A stretch of 64,000 nt of DNA from Candidatus Deferrimicrobiaceae bacterium (GTDB lineage: Bacteria > Desulfobacterota > Deferrimicrobia > Deferrimicrobiales > Deferrimicrobiaceae): positions 192,001-256,000 of the forward strand of contig CAWBVY010000006.1 in NCBI GenBank assembly GCA_963792415.1. The letters run 5' to 3'. Positions 8,623 through 18,368 of this stretch are shown here, one piece after another. Position 1 is the first letter of the stretch. Each line of letters starts with the position of its first letter. The position numbers and the translations under genes were made by a program. A model generated the notes under the pieces. It had not been told where the DNA came from and made no database searches. It worked only from the letters and a program-made list of their open reading frames with translations.

Positions 8623-9608
8623 CGGTACACCTTGCTCCGCAGGAACGGGAACTCCCGCACGCCGAACAGTCCCCTCGGCCGCACCAGCATGGTGACGATC
8701 AGCAGCAGGGGGATGAGGACCCAGCGGAACTCGATGTATTCGGGCGGGAGCGCGACGCGCATCCCCTCCAGCAGGAAGACCCAGGCGAAGGAGGCGACCA
8801 GCGTCCCGGTCAGGTTTCCCAACCCCCCGAGAACGACGATCATCAGCACGTCGAACGATTTCAGGAAATCGAAGGTGCTCGGGTGCAGAAACGTGTAAAG
8901 GTGCGCGTACAGTCCCCCCGCCACGCCGGCGAAGGCGCACCCGGCGGTGAAGCCGATCACCTTGTACCGGAACGTGTCGATCCCCAGCGCCGCGGCGGCG
9001 ACCTCGTCTTCCCGGATGGCGACGAGTGCGCGCCCGTAGGTGGAGTGGACGAGGTTGCGGATCACCAGGATCGCCGCGACGAGCCCGGCGACGGCCCAGG
9101 GGATTCCGGTCAGCCGCGCGATGCCGGTCATCCCGCGGGCGCCCCCCAGTTGCGGCAGGAAGGAGTCCGCGTTGTCGAAGAGGACCTTCATGATGACCCC
9201 GAACCCGAGCGTCGCGATGCCGAGGTAATCCGACGTCAGGCGGAGAGTGGGCAGGCCGACGGCGCACGCAAGGAGCGCGGCGGCAAAACCGCCGGCCAGA
9301 AGGGAACCGAGGAACACCGCCCCCGTCGCGAAGACCGCCTCGTCTCCGTACGCTCCCACGTAGAGTTTCGTCAGCAGCGCCGCCGTGTACGCCCCCACGC
9401 CGTAGAAGGCGGCGTGTCCCAGGGAGAACAGCCCCGTGAACCCGTAGATGAGGTTCAGGCCCAGCGCGGAGATCGCCACGACGCACGCGAGCTGGAAAAT
9501 CTGCACCCAGTACGGGTTCAGGATGTCGCGGGCGGAGAGGAACTGGAGCAGGCCGGAGAGGACGGCGAAGGGCAGGACCGCCTTGGCAATGTTCTTCAGG
9601 AAGGGCAT
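8619..9608 (-). CDS. livM: Branched-chain amino acid ABC transporter permease
   Basis: GFTGLFSLGHAAFYGVGAY, LRLTSDYLGIATLGF, GRALVAIREDEVAA; many TM segments. Confidence 0.92.
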   Translation of the reverse strand: MPFLKNIAKAVLPFAVLSGLLQFLSARDILNPYWVQIFQLACVVAISALGLNLIYGFTGLFSLGHAAFYGVGAYTAALLTKLYVGAYGDEAVFATGAVFLGSLLAGGFAAALLACAVGLPTLRLTSDYLGIATLGFGVIMKVLFDNADSFLPQLGGARGMTGIARLTGIPWAVAGLVAAILVIRNLVHSTYGRALVAIREDEVAAAALGIDTFRYKVIGFTAGCAFAGVAGGLYAHLYTFLHPSTFDFLKSFDVLMIVVLGGLGNLTGTLVASFAWVFLLEGMRVALPPEYIEFRWVLIPLLLIVTMLVRPRGLFGVREFPFLRSKVYR

Positions 9609-9618
9609 CGTCCCGCCG

Positions 9619-10503
9619 TCACACCTTTTCCGTCCGGGCCTTCCCGAGGATCCCGGTGGGCTTCCACAACAGCACGGCGATGAGGAGGACGAAGGCGATC
9701 CCGTCCCGGTAGGTGGACGACAGATACGCCGTGGTCATCGTCTCCGTTTCCCCCATGATCAGCGCCCCGAGGACCGCCCCCGGGATGGACCCGATTCCGC
9801 CGAGGACGGCGGCGGTGAACGCCTTCAGGCCGGGCATCACCCCCATGAAGGTGTTGATCTGGGGATAGGCGATCCCGTAGAGCACTCCCCCGACACCCGC
9901 GAGCGCCGCCCCGAGGCCGAAGGTGAAGGAGATCACGCCGTTCACGTTGACTCCCATCAGCCCGGCGGTGACGATGTCGTGGGAGACGGCGCGCATCCCC
10001 CGCCCCACCTTCGTCCGGTAGACGACATATTGCAGCGCCCCCAGGGAAGCGAGCGTGACGCCGAGGATGACCCCCTGGATGTTGGTGACCGTGATCCCGC
10101 CGATCTCGAGGGACACCACCTGGAAGGGACGCGGGAAGGCGTAATAGTTCGGCCCGAAGACCTGGTGGAGGGCGGTGAAATATTCCAGAAACAGGGAGAC
10201 GCCGATGGCGGTGATCAGCGCCGCGATCTTCGGGGCGTGCCGCAGCGGCCGGTACGCCATCCGCTCGATGACGATCGCGAGGATGGCGGACCCGCCCGCG
10301 GCGATCGCGAACACGGCGGGGAGCGGAAGGTGATATTTCTCGACGGAGTAGAACGCCAGGAACGCCCCGACCATGAAGACGTCGCCGTGGGCGAAGTTGA
10401 TGAGGCGCACGATGCCGTACACCATCGTGTACCCCAGCGCGATCAGGGCGTACACGAACCCGAGTTGTAGGCCGTTCAGCGCCTGCTGGAGAAAATATTC
10501 TAC
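9619..10503 (-). CDS. livH: Branched-chain amino acid ABC transporter permease (start uncertain)
   Basis: EYFLQQALNGLQLGFVYALIALGYTMVYGIVRLINFAHGD, KAFTAAVLGGIGS; conserved N-terminus extends upstream of the GTG at 10455. Confidence 0.9.
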   Translation of the reverse strand, partial: VEYFLQQALNGLQLGFVYALIALGYTMVYGIVRLINFAHGDVFMVGAFLAFYSVEKYHLPLPAVFAIAAGGSAILAIVIERMAYRPLRHAPKIAALITAIGVSLFLEYFTALHQVFGPNYYAFPRPFQVVSLEIGGITVTNIQGVILGVTLASLGALQYVVYRTKVGRGMRAVSHDIVTAGLMGVNVNGVISFTFGLGAALAGVGGVLYGIAYPQINTFMGVMPGLKAFTAAVLGGIGSIPGAVLGALIMGETETMTTAYLSSTYRDGIAFVLLIAVLLWKPTGILGKARTEKV

Positions 10504-10513
10504 GGTTCCACCC

Positions 10514-11650
10514 CTATGGGTTCACCATCTTCACGAATTTCTGCTTGCCGCCCTCGATCTTGAGGATTGCGGCGCTCTTGATCATGTCGCCGTTCGCATC
10601 CAGCGTCGACTTTCCGGAAACCGCCTTGAAGTCCTTTATCGAGGCCAGGGCATCGCGGATCTTCCTCGGGTCGTCGCTCCCGGCCTTGCGGATCGCCTCG
10701 AGGAGAATGTTCGTAGCGTCGTACGCAAGCGTCCCCAGGGCATCGGGGACCTGTCCGTGCTTCTTCCTGTACTTTTCCACCCACGCCGCCACTTCCGGCC
10801 GGCGGTCGTCCGGGGAGTAGTGGTTGGAGAAGTAGCCGCCTTCGATCGCGCTTCCGGCGATCTTCACCAGATCCGGGGAGTCCCACCCGTCCGGCCCGAC
10901 CAGCCGGACCTTGAGCCCCTTCTCCTGGACCTGCTTCGCGATCAGGCCGACCTTGTTGTAGTAGTCCGGCAGGAAGAGGATGTCGGCGCCGGAGGCTTTC
11001 ACCTTCGTCAGGAGTGCCGAGAAGTCGACGTCGTCCTTGCCGTACGAATCGAAGGCGGCCACCTTTCCGCCCTGCTTCCGGAAAGCGTCGCGGAACACCT
11101 CGGCGATCCCCTTCGAGTAGTCGTTCGACGCGTCGAACAGCACCGCGGCGCTCTTCCCCTTCAGGGTTTCGCGGGAGAACTTCGCCATCACGGCCCCCTG
11201 GAACGGATCGATGAAGCAGGCGCGGAACATGTAGTCTTTCCGCTTCCCGTCCGCCACCGTCACCTTCGGGTTCGTCGCCGTGGGCGATATCGCTGGAATC
11301 CTCGCCGACTGGATGATGTCGGAAACCGGGATCGTGGTCTTCGATGTGACCGATCCGACGATCGCCTTCACGCGCTGCTGGTTCACGAGGAGGTTCGCCA
11401 CGTTCGCCGCCTCCGTGGCGTCGTTCTTGTCGTCCTGGATGGCGTAGGTGATCTTCATCCCCGCGACGCCGCCCCTGGCGTTCGCCTCCTCGACGGCGAT
11501 GAGGAAGGAGTTGCGGACCGACTCGCCGAACGTCTTGACGTCGCCGGAAAGCGGCGTGATGAGGCCGATCTTGATCTCTTTCGCGTGGGAGGGGACGACC
11601 GCCACCAGGGGCGTAAAAAGAATGGCGAGAAGAAGGGATGCGCGCTTCAT
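10514..11650 (-). CDS. Branched-chain amino acid ABC transporter substrate-binding protein (LivK/LivJ family)
   Basis: Signal peptide; IKIGLITPLSG, SPTATNPKVT, FRACFIDPFQG, DFSALLTKVK; first gene of the liv operon. Confidence 0.92.
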   Translation of the reverse strand: MKRASLLLAILFTPLVAVVPSHAKEIKIGLITPLSGDVKTFGESVRNSFLIAVEEANARGGVAGMKITYAIQDDKNDATEAANVANLLVNQQRVKAIVGSVTSKTTIPVSDIIQSARIPAISPTATNPKVTVADGKRKDYMFRACFIDPFQGAVMAKFSRETLKGKSAAVLFDASNDYSKGIAEVFRDAFRKQGGKVAAFDSYGKDDVDFSALLTKVKASGADILFLPDYYNKVGLIAKQVQEKGLKVRLVGPDGWDSPDLVKIAGSAIEGGYFSNHYSPDDRRPEVAAWVEKYRKKHGQVPDALGTLAYDATNILLEAIRKAGSDDPRKIRDALASIKDFKAVSGKSTLDANGDMIKSAAILKIEGGKQKFVKMVNP

Positions 11651-11778
11651 CGATCCTCCTTTCGGTACCCGGGATTCGGAATCGCGGGGGCAGGGAAAAC
11701 CCCGGGTGCATTATACCCGACGACCCTACCCGTCGAGCCCCCAAGTACGAGCTTCGCGCTGCCGGGGCTCGCCCGCTT

Positions 11779-12564
11779 TCACTTCAGGGTTTCCGCGAAG
11801 AATGCCTTCATCGCCTCCCACGACCGGCGGTCCGCCCGCTCGTTGTACGCGACCCCCTTCGAGTTGTCGCTTCCGGATTCGGGGTTCGTGAAGCTGTGGA
11901 CCGCCCCCCCGTAGGAGACGAACTGCCAGTCCACCCCACCCTTGCGCATCTCCTCCTGGAACGCCTCCACCTGCTTAAACGGGACGAACGGGTCGTCCCC
12001 CCCGTGGAGGGCCAGCACCTTCCCCTTGATGTTGCGGGCGTCCCCCGGGGTCGGGGTATCCAGACCCCCGTGGAAGCTGACCACCGATACCAGGTCCGCC
12101 CCGCTCCGGGCCAGTTCGAGCACGGTGGTTCCGCCGAAACAGTACCCGATCGCGGCGAGACGCGCCGGGTCGGTCTCCGGACGGTTCCGGAGAACGTCAA
12201 GACCGGCCGCGGCGCGGGCCCGCATCAGCTTCCGGTCCCCCTTGTAGATTCCCGCGAGGGCGGCCGCCTCTTTCGCATCCTTCGCCCGCACCCCTTTCCC
12301 GTACATGTCCAGCGCGAACGCCACGTACCCCAGCCGGGCGAGCTGTTCCGCCCGCTTCCGTACATACGGGTTGTGGCCGTTCCACTCGTGGGCCACCAGG
12401 ACCCCGGGGCGCTTCCCCTGGAACGAGTCGTCGTACGCCAGGTACCCTTCCAGCACGACGTCGCCGTGCCGGTATTCGACCACTTCCGTTTTCACCGCCG
12501 CCAGCGCCGGGGAAACCCCTGCGCACATACAGGCCATCACGAGAACCGCCGCAAGCATTTTCAT
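11779..12564 (-). CDS. Dienelactone hydrolase family protein, exported
   Basis: HEWNG, nucleophile motif GYCFGG, HGGDDP, YGGAVHSFTNP; N-terminal signal peptide. Confidence 0.9.
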   Translation of the reverse strand: MKMLAAVLVMACMCAGVSPALAAVKTEVVEYRHGDVVLEGYLAYDDSFQGKRPGVLVAHEWNGHNPYVRKRAEQLARLGYVAFALDMYGKGVRAKDAKEAAALAGIYKGDRKLMRARAAAGLDVLRNRPETDPARLAAIGYCFGGTTVLELARSGADLVSVVSFHGGLDTPTPGDARNIKGKVLALHGGDDPFVPFKQVEAFQEEMRKGGVDWQFVSYGGAVHSFTNPESGSDNSKGVAYNERADRRSWEAMKAFFAETLK

Positions 12565-12585
12565 ATCCGCGTCTCCTCCGATTCG

Positions 12586-12957
12586 TTACACGAGAGGTCG
12601 GGTTTCGACCACCTTGAAGTACGCCACGTGCTTGATCGCCTCCGGGTTTCCGGGGGTCCTTGCTCCGGTCCGTTCCCGGATCTTCGCGAGCATCTCCCCC
12701 GAATCCTCCGTGCGGGAAAGCGTCAGCGTGAGACGCGCACCGCGGAATCCCTCTCCGGGGGCGAAGTACGTGTAGGACGCGTTCGGGTTCTCCCGGACGT
12801 TGTTCCACGTCCTGCCGTCCGTCATTCCCCACGCGACCGTATCGGCGTCCACGACGTGGGGAACCGCGTACACCGCCATGTTCACCACCCCGGCTTTCGA
12901 CGCGGTGCCGATCACTCCGCGACCTCCCGGCTTCAGAACGTCCCCGATTTTCATCAT
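12586..12957 (-). CDS. Pyridoxamine 5'-phosphate oxidase-like (FMN-binding split barrel) protein
   Basis: GVIGTASKAGVVNMAVYAVPHV, TWNNVRENPNA; ATGA overlap with the mutY stop. Confidence 0.75.
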   Translation of the reverse strand: MMKIGDVLKPGGRGVIGTASKAGVVNMAVYAVPHVVDADTVAWGMTDGRTWNNVRENPNASYTYFAPGEGFRGARLTLTLSRTEDSGEMLAKIRERTGARTPGNPEAIKHVAYFKVVETRPLV

Positions 12958-14048
12958 TCTTCCTCCCGATGGATGAATTCGACCAGTTTCCGGTCGGCGC
13001 GCGGAAGGGCGAATGTCCCTCCCCCGTGCCCGGGGAGCCACCCCGTCCCCTCTCCCGCCGGCAACGCACCCCCCGTCGTCTCGCAAAGAAAGCCGTGAAG
13101 GGTGATCCGGTAGTGGGAATAGGCGTGCCGTACGGCTCCCACTTCTCTTTGAATCGCCGCGCGCACCCGAAGTTTCTCCCCAAGCGAACGATGTAGCGCG
13201 TCCCCGAGGGTCTCCCCCGGTTCGCGCCTCCCCGAGGGGAAGGCCCACAGGCCCCCCAGGAGCCCGTCGGGCGGCCGACGCATCAGGAACAGCGCGCCAT
13301 CCGGACGACGGAACAGCGCGGCGACGACGTCGTGGTGGGGAAGCATTTTCCTCGCGCGCTTCGGGGGGATCGAATCCTGGAGCCCCCCCAGGAAGGAGGA
13401 ACATCGGGACCGCAGGGGACACTCCCGGCAACGGGGGGCATTCGGCAGGCAGACGACGGCGCCCAGGTCCATCACCGCAAGGGCCGTGTCCCGACCTTTC
13501 CCCTTCCGCACCAGGCTTGCGGACCGTTCCCAGAGGACATTCTCCACCGCGGGGGACCGGGGATCCCCTTCGACGGCGAAGAGACGGGCGACGACGCGAC
13601 GCGCGTTCGCGTCGAGGATCGGCACGTCCGCCCCGAAGGCGATCGCGGCGATCGCCCCGGCCGTCGATCGTCCGATCCCGGGGAGCGCCATCAGCGCCTC
13701 CACCGTCCGGGGCACTTCGGAGGAGTGGCGGGCAACGAGGATCCCGGCGGTCCGGTGGAGGTTTCTCGCGCGGGAATAGTACCCGAGCCCTTCCCACGCC
13801 TTCAGGACGTCATCCAGGGGAGCCCGGGCAAGGGTTTCCACGTCGGGGAATCTCCGGAGAAAGCGGTCGTAGTAGGGGGCAACGGTTCCGACCCGGGTCT
13901 GCTGGAGCATGATCTCCGAGACCCAGATGCGATACGGGTCCCGGGTCTCCCGCCACGCCATCGGCCGGGCCGCCGTCCGGAACCACCGCAGGAGCGCGGC
14001 GGAGATCCACGCGGCCGTTTTCGGATCTTCCCTGGTGTCGCGTTTCAT
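12954..14048 (-). CDS. mutY: A/G-specific adenine glycosylase
   Basis: PYRIWVSEIMLQQT, WEGLGYYSRARNL, HhH LPGIGRSTAGAI, Fe-S motif C-x6-C-x2-C-x5-C, C-terminal NUDIX-like domain. Confidence 0.95.
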   Translation of the reverse strand: MKRDTREDPKTAAWISAALLRWFRTAARPMAWRETRDPYRIWVSEIMLQQTRVGTVAPYYDRFLRRFPDVETLARAPLDDVLKAWEGLGYYSRARNLHRTAGILVARHSSEVPRTVEALMALPGIGRSTAGAIAAIAFGADVPILDANARRVVARLFAVEGDPRSPAVENVLWERSASLVRKGKGRDTALAVMDLGAVVCLPNAPRCRECPLRSRCSSFLGGLQDSIPPKRARKMLPHHDVVAALFRRPDGALFLMRRPPDGLLGGLWAFPSGRREPGETLGDALHRSLGEKLRVRAAIQREVGAVRHAYSHYRITLHGFLCETTGGALPAGEGTGWLPGHGGGTFALPRADRKLVEFIHREEE

Positions 14049-14163
14049 CAGATAAATACGCCGGAAGATCACCATCGGGTGCTCAGACTCGGATCACATA
14101 CCCGCCGTTTTTCCTACAGCGGGGGTACTCCGGCGGCGCGAAGCTCGAGGTGGGGCGCGACGG

Positions 14164-14598
14164 CTACCGCGAGGTGGGGAAACCCGCCTCTTTCCATTTC
14201 GTGATCCCCCCCGAAAAAACGTATACGTTCGGGAACCCCAATTCCCGCATGACCTTGACGGCTCCGTTCGTACGATTCCCCGTGCGGCAGTATACGAGGT
14301 ACGATTTGCTCCGATCGAGCTTCGCCATTTCGTCGCGGAAGGATGGGGACCTGTAATCGACTACCACGGCACCAGCGATCCGCTCCGCGTCGAACTCTTT
14401 CCGGGTCCGGACGTCCAGAAGGATAAAATCCGGGTCCGTGGCCCGTTTGGTGATCGTTTCCCGCGCCTCCGCCGGGGAGAGACTTGGATACCCCTCAACC
14501 GCTCCCTGCGCCCGAAGGAACGACGACAACAGGAACAGGAAGGCGCACACGACGGCGGCGAGACCCGCCACCCACCAGACCGCCTTCATGGTAGTCAT
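14164..14598 (-). CDS. Rhodanese-like domain protein with N-terminal membrane/signal segment
   Basis: LLDVRTRKEF, active loop YCRTGNR, GGITKWKEAG. Confidence 0.88.
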   Translation of the reverse strand: MTTMKAVWWVAGLAAVVCAFLFLLSSFLRAQGAVEGYPSLSPAEARETITKRATDPDFILLDVRTRKEFDAERIAGAVVVDYRSPSFRDEMAKLDRSKSYLVYCRTGNRTNGAVKVMRELGFPNVYVFSGGITKWKEAGFPTSR

Positions 14599-14686
14599 GC
14601 GTCACCCCCTCGAGGATTCCTGTTGGATTCGAAACCGGAGGGGAAGGTTCCCCGCCGTGCGTCATCCGGTCCCATCGTGACCGTCG

Positions 14687-14726
14687 AAAAAAAACGGCCG
14701 GATCCCGGGGAGGGAAACCGGCCGTT
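14687..14726 (-). terminator. Intrinsic terminator downstream of the ferritin-like gene
   Basis: AACGGCCGG...CCGGCCGTT inverted repeat next to an A8 run (U-tract on the minus strand). Confidence 0.75.
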
Positions 14727-14762
14727 CCGCTGCGATTCGCTGCGCCCGGGAACGAACTCTCC

Positions 14763-15194
14763 TCAATCCTTCTCCAGGAGAGAGGTGAAGAGGTCGTGGT
14801 GCTCCTCCTCGTCCGAGAGGATCTTGGTGAAGAGGAACTCCGTGGTTTCGTCCCCCTCCTTCCGGGCGACCTGGATGATCTTCCTGTACATCGTGATCGC
14901 CTCCTCCTCGGCCTTCTTGTCCGCCTCGATCATCTGCTTCAAAGTGGTTCCGATGAAGATCGGCGTAGGCTTCGTCGTCGGGATTCCCCCGAGGTAATTC
15001 AGCCGCTCCGCGATCGCCTCGGCGTGCTTCATCTCCGAGATGGCGGTCATCTTGAAGGCGTCCTTCACCGCGTACCCCTGGACCCCTTTCCAGAGTACGT
15101 GCTGCCACATGTATTGCACGGAGACCTGGATCTCCCGGGCGATCGCCTGGTTCAGAAGGTCGAGCAGCTCGGCGGACGGTTTCTTGCTGGCCAT
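14763..15194 (-). CDS. Ferritin-like / bacterioferritin-family protein
   Basis: Four-helix diiron pattern: REIQVSVQY, EMKHAE, EEEAITMY, DEEEHHD. Confidence 0.85.
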   Translation of the reverse strand: MASKKPSAELLDLLNQAIAREIQVSVQYMWQHVLWKGVQGYAVKDAFKMTAISEMKHAEAIAERLNYLGGIPTTKPTPIFIGTTLKQMIEADKKAEEEAITMYRKIIQVARKEGDETTEFLFTKILSDEEEHHDLFTSLLEKD

Positions 15195-15296
15195 CGGTCG
15201 TACCTCCTTCGTTCTTTGTGGAAATTCTATCCTGTCGAGAGGTATTCTTACACATCGGGGAACGGAAAGTCACCCCCCAACGGAGGACCCTGCCGC

Positions 15297-16220
15297 ATGA
15301 TCCGCGACGTCGTCATCCTCGGTTCCGGTTGCGCGGGCTCGACCGCCGCCATCTACGCCGCGCGCGCCAACCTCGCCCCGCTGGTCCTCGATGGCCGCGA
15401 ACCGGGGGGACAGCTGACGCTGACCACCGAGGTCGAGAACTTCCCCGGGTTCCCCGCGGGGGTCCAGGGACCGGAACTCGTCGACCTCATGCGGAAGCAG
15501 GCGGAGCGGTTCGGAGCCGCGTACCTCGCGGAAACGGTCATCGGCGTGGACCTTTCGAAACGCCCCTTCGCGGTGAACACGGAAGAGAACACCTACATGG
15601 CGCGCACCCTCATCGTCGCCACCGGGGCCTCTGCCAGGCTCCTGGGACTGGAATCGGAGAGGAAGCTGATGGGGCGGGGCGTATCCACCTGCGCCACCTG
15701 CGACGGTGCGTTCTTCCGGGACCGCGAGATCGTCGTGGTCGGCGGGGGCGACACCGCGCTGGAGGAGGCGATCTTCCTCACCCGCTTCGCATCGAAGGTG
15801 CTGCTGGTCCATCGAAGGGACCAGTTCCGCGCCTCGAAAATCATGGTCGATCGGGTCCGCAACCTCCCGAAGATCGAGTTCGTCCTCGACACCGTCATCA
15901 CGGACATCCTCGACCCGGCGAAGAATGAAGTCTCCGCGGTCCGGATGAAGAGTACCAAGGACGGTTCGGAGACGGTCCGAAAGGTCGACGGCGTCTTCGT
16001 CGCCATCGGCCACGACCCGAACACGAAGATCTTCGAGGGGCAATTGGCGCTCGACAACGGGTACATCGTCCTGGGTGATGGCGCGAAAACGAGCGTCGAG
16101 GGGGTCTTCGCCGCCGGAGACGTGCACGACAAGGTCTACCGGCAGGCGATCACGGCGGCGGGGGCCGGCTGCCGTGCCGCCATCGAGGCGGAGCGGTTCC
16201 TCGAGGCGGAAGGCCGGTAA
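15297..16220 (+). CDS. trxB: Thioredoxin-disulfide reductase
   Basis: ILGSGCAG, GGQLTLTTEVENFPGF, CATCDG redox motif, GGGDTALEEA, GVFAAGDV, YRQAITAAG; GGAGG RBS. Confidence 0.96.
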   Translation: MIRDVVILGSGCAGSTAAIYAARANLAPLVLDGREPGGQLTLTTEVENFPGFPAGVQGPELVDLMRKQAERFGAAYLAETVIGVDLSKRPFAVNTEENTYMARTLIVATGASARLLGLESERKLMGRGVSTCATCDGAFFRDREIVVVGGGDTALEEAIFLTRFASKVLLVHRRDQFRASKIMVDRVRNLPKIEFVLDTVITDILDPAKNEVSAVRMKSTKDGSETVRKVDGVFVAIGHDPNTKIFEGQLALDNGYIVLGDGAKTSVEGVFAAGDVHDKVYRQAITAAGAGCRAAIEAERFLEAEGR

Positions 16221-16228
16221 GGGCGGCA

Positions 16229-16732
16229 ATGCGGATCCATCTCGTTCGCCATTCCGAGGCGGTGGACCGCGTTCCCCCGATGCCGGACGCGGCGCGGTAC
16301 CTGAGCGCCCGGGGACGCGTTTCGTTCCGGGAAATGGCACGGCGTTTCCGCGACGCCGGAGGGATGCCCACCCGGATTTTCACCAGCCCTCTCGTCCGCG
16401 CGGTGCAGACGTCGGAGATCCTGTCGGAGACGCTCCGGTACGAAGGGGAAATCATCCTGGATCCCCGGCTTTCCCCCGGCTTCGACGTTGAGAAACTGGG
16501 CTCTGTGCTGAACGATTGTCCCTCCGAAAGGGAAATCGTCTTCGTCGGCCACGAACCGGACCTGGGGGACATTCTCACCCGCCTCCTCTCCCTCCCCCAG
16601 GGGTACGCGATGCGGAAGGGCGACATCGCCGCCCTCGATCTCGCGATCCAAGGGGACCCGCTCCGCGTCGAATTCGCCTGGCTCCTTACGGGGGATCGCC
16701 GGATCGAGGACCGAGCAATGCTGGCGAGGTAG
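16229..16732 (+). CDS. sixA: Phosphohistidine phosphatase SixA-like (histidine phosphatase family)
   Basis: LVRHSEA, SPLVRAVQT, VGHEPDL. Confidence 0.82.
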   Translation: MRIHLVRHSEAVDRVPPMPDAARYLSARGRVSFREMARRFRDAGGMPTRIFTSPLVRAVQTSEILSETLRYEGEIILDPRLSPGFDVEKLGSVLNDCPSEREIVFVGHEPDLGDILTRLLSLPQGYAMRKGDIAALDLAIQGDPLRVEFAWLLTGDRRIEDRAMLAR

Positions 16733-16755
16733 CGCGGAAACCTCGACGAACGGTG

Positions 16756-16784
16756 TTGCAACCTCCTGCACGGTGTGATACATT
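16756..16784 (+). promoter_or_regulatory. Putative sigma70 promoter of the DEAD-box helicase gene
   Basis: TTGCAA-17 bp-TACATT with TG extended -10, about 130 nt upstream of the ATG. Confidence 0.5.
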
Positions 16785-16912
16785 TGTCGTGGTTTGCGTC
16801 CCCTCGATCTCAATACCCTCCCGGCATTCCAGGTATCCACGTCCCATAACGACCCGTAGGCCCTTCGTCCGTCAACCATCACTCACCCGATCATCAGGAG
16901 AAATAGACAACG

Positions 16913-18283
16913 ATGCCGTTTCGACACTTCGGTTTGTCCCCGGAACTCCTCCGGGCCGTTCAGGAAATGCACTACACGACCCCGACCCCCATCCAGGAAA
17001 AGGCGATCCCCGACGTGCTCCAGGGGAAGGACCTGCTCGGTTCCGCCCAGACCGGCACAGGAAAGACGGCCGCCTTCGCGCTGCCCATCCTTCACCGCCT
17101 CGCCGCGGAGACCCCGACCGTCCGGGGACGCCGCGTCGTCCGATCGCTCGTCCTCACCCCGACGCGCGAACTGGCCATGCAGATCGGTGAAAGTTTCGGC
17201 GCCTACGGCCGGCACACCGGGATGCGGCACGCCGTCATCTACGGCGGCGTCAGCCAGAAAACCCAGGAGCAGGCGCTGCAGAAAGGGGTGGACATCCTCG
17301 TCGCCACGCCGGGCCGTCTCCTCGACCTCATGGGGCAGAAACTGATCAACCTCTCCACCGTCGGGATTTTCGTGCTGGACGAGGCCGACCGGATGCTGGA
17401 CATGGGCTTCATCGTCGACATCCGCCGCATCATCGAGAAACTCCCCTCGAAACGGCAGACGCTGATGTTCTCCGCGACGATGCCTCCGGAGATCGTCCGC
17501 CTCTCCGCCACCCTGCTCCGCGATCCGGTGCGGGTCCAGGTCGCCGCCGATGCAGCGCCGGCCGACGACGTGGAACATCGTCTCTATTACGTGGAAAAAT
17601 CGTCCAAGGCGGATCTGCTGAAAACGCTCCTCGGCGGCGACGAGATCAAGAACGCCCTCGTCTTCACGCGGACGCGGCACGGCGCCGACCGCGTGGAACG
17701 GACCCTCAGCCGAGCGGGAATGCGCGTCGAGGCGATCCACGGGGACAAGTCTCAGGGGGCGAGGGAACGCGCACTTTCCGCCTTCAAGAAGGGGACGATC
17801 CGGGTCCTGGTGGCCACCGACATCGCCGCCCGGGGACTCGACATCATCGACCTCTCGCACGTGGTGAACTACGACCTCCCGAACGAACCGGAGGCGTACG
17901 TCCACCGGATCGGACGCACCGGGCGAGCCGGGGCGTCGGGCACCGCGATCTCCTTCTGCGGCTTCGAGGAGCGCCCGCTGCTCGCCGAGATCGAGCGCCT
18001 GATGAGCAAGCACCTGACCGTGGTCACGGACCACCCGTTCGCCTCTCCGGCGAAACCGGCGCCCCCGACGGTCTTCCACACGGGCAGGACGCCGGCGAAA
18101 CCGCGGCCGTTCATGATCTCCGTGGACGCCGCGTTCCTCTCGGCGGGGCGAACCGCCCCCTCGTCGCCTCCGGAGCGGGTTTCCCGCCACACCGCAAACG
18201 AGGCGCGCCCGACCTCCGGCCCCGGCGGCCGGAAGAGCGGGCACCGGGACCAGTTCTCTTCCCGGGGCCGCTCCCAGAGGTAA
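16913..18283 (+). CDS. rhlE: DEAD-box ATP-dependent RNA helicase (RhlE-like)
   Basis: Q motif [41 protein letters not shown]; basic C-terminal tail. Confidence 0.93.
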   Translation: MPFRHFGLSPELLRAVQEMHYTTPTPIQEKAIPDVLQGKDLLGSAQTGTGKTAAFALPILHRLAAETPTVRGRRVVRSLVLTPTRELAMQIGESFGAYGRHTGMRHAVIYGGVSQKTQEQALQKGVDILVATPGRLLDLMGQKLINLSTVGIFVLDEADRMLDMGFIVDIRRIIEKLPSKRQTLMFSATMPPEIVRLSATLLRDPVRVQVAADAAPADDVEHRLYYVEKSSKADLLKTLLGGDEIKNALVFTRTRHGADRVERTLSRAGMRVEAIHGDKSQGARERALSAFKKGTIRVLVATDIAARGLDIIDLSHVVNYDLPNEPEAYVHRIGRTGRAGASGTAISFCGFEERPLLAEIERLMSKHLTVVTDHPFASPAKPAPPTVFHTGRTPAKPRPFMISVDAAFLSAGRTAPSSPPERVSRHTANEARPTSGPGGRKSGHRDQFSSRGRSQR

Positions 18284-18368
18284 CCGCGGGACGGCTCTTG
18301 CCGATCGGACCGCCCCCGCGGATCCCTTTCGTGTATCATCTTGACAACGCCACCCGGGGGCCGGTCCG

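Noticed and set aside
7834-9486. 550-aa ORF suggesting an N-terminally extended LivG
   Set aside because: The extension overlaps livM out of frame; the real start is GTG 8622. The same applies to the extended ORFs over trxB, mdh, iorB, the MFS gene and the HD-GYP gene.
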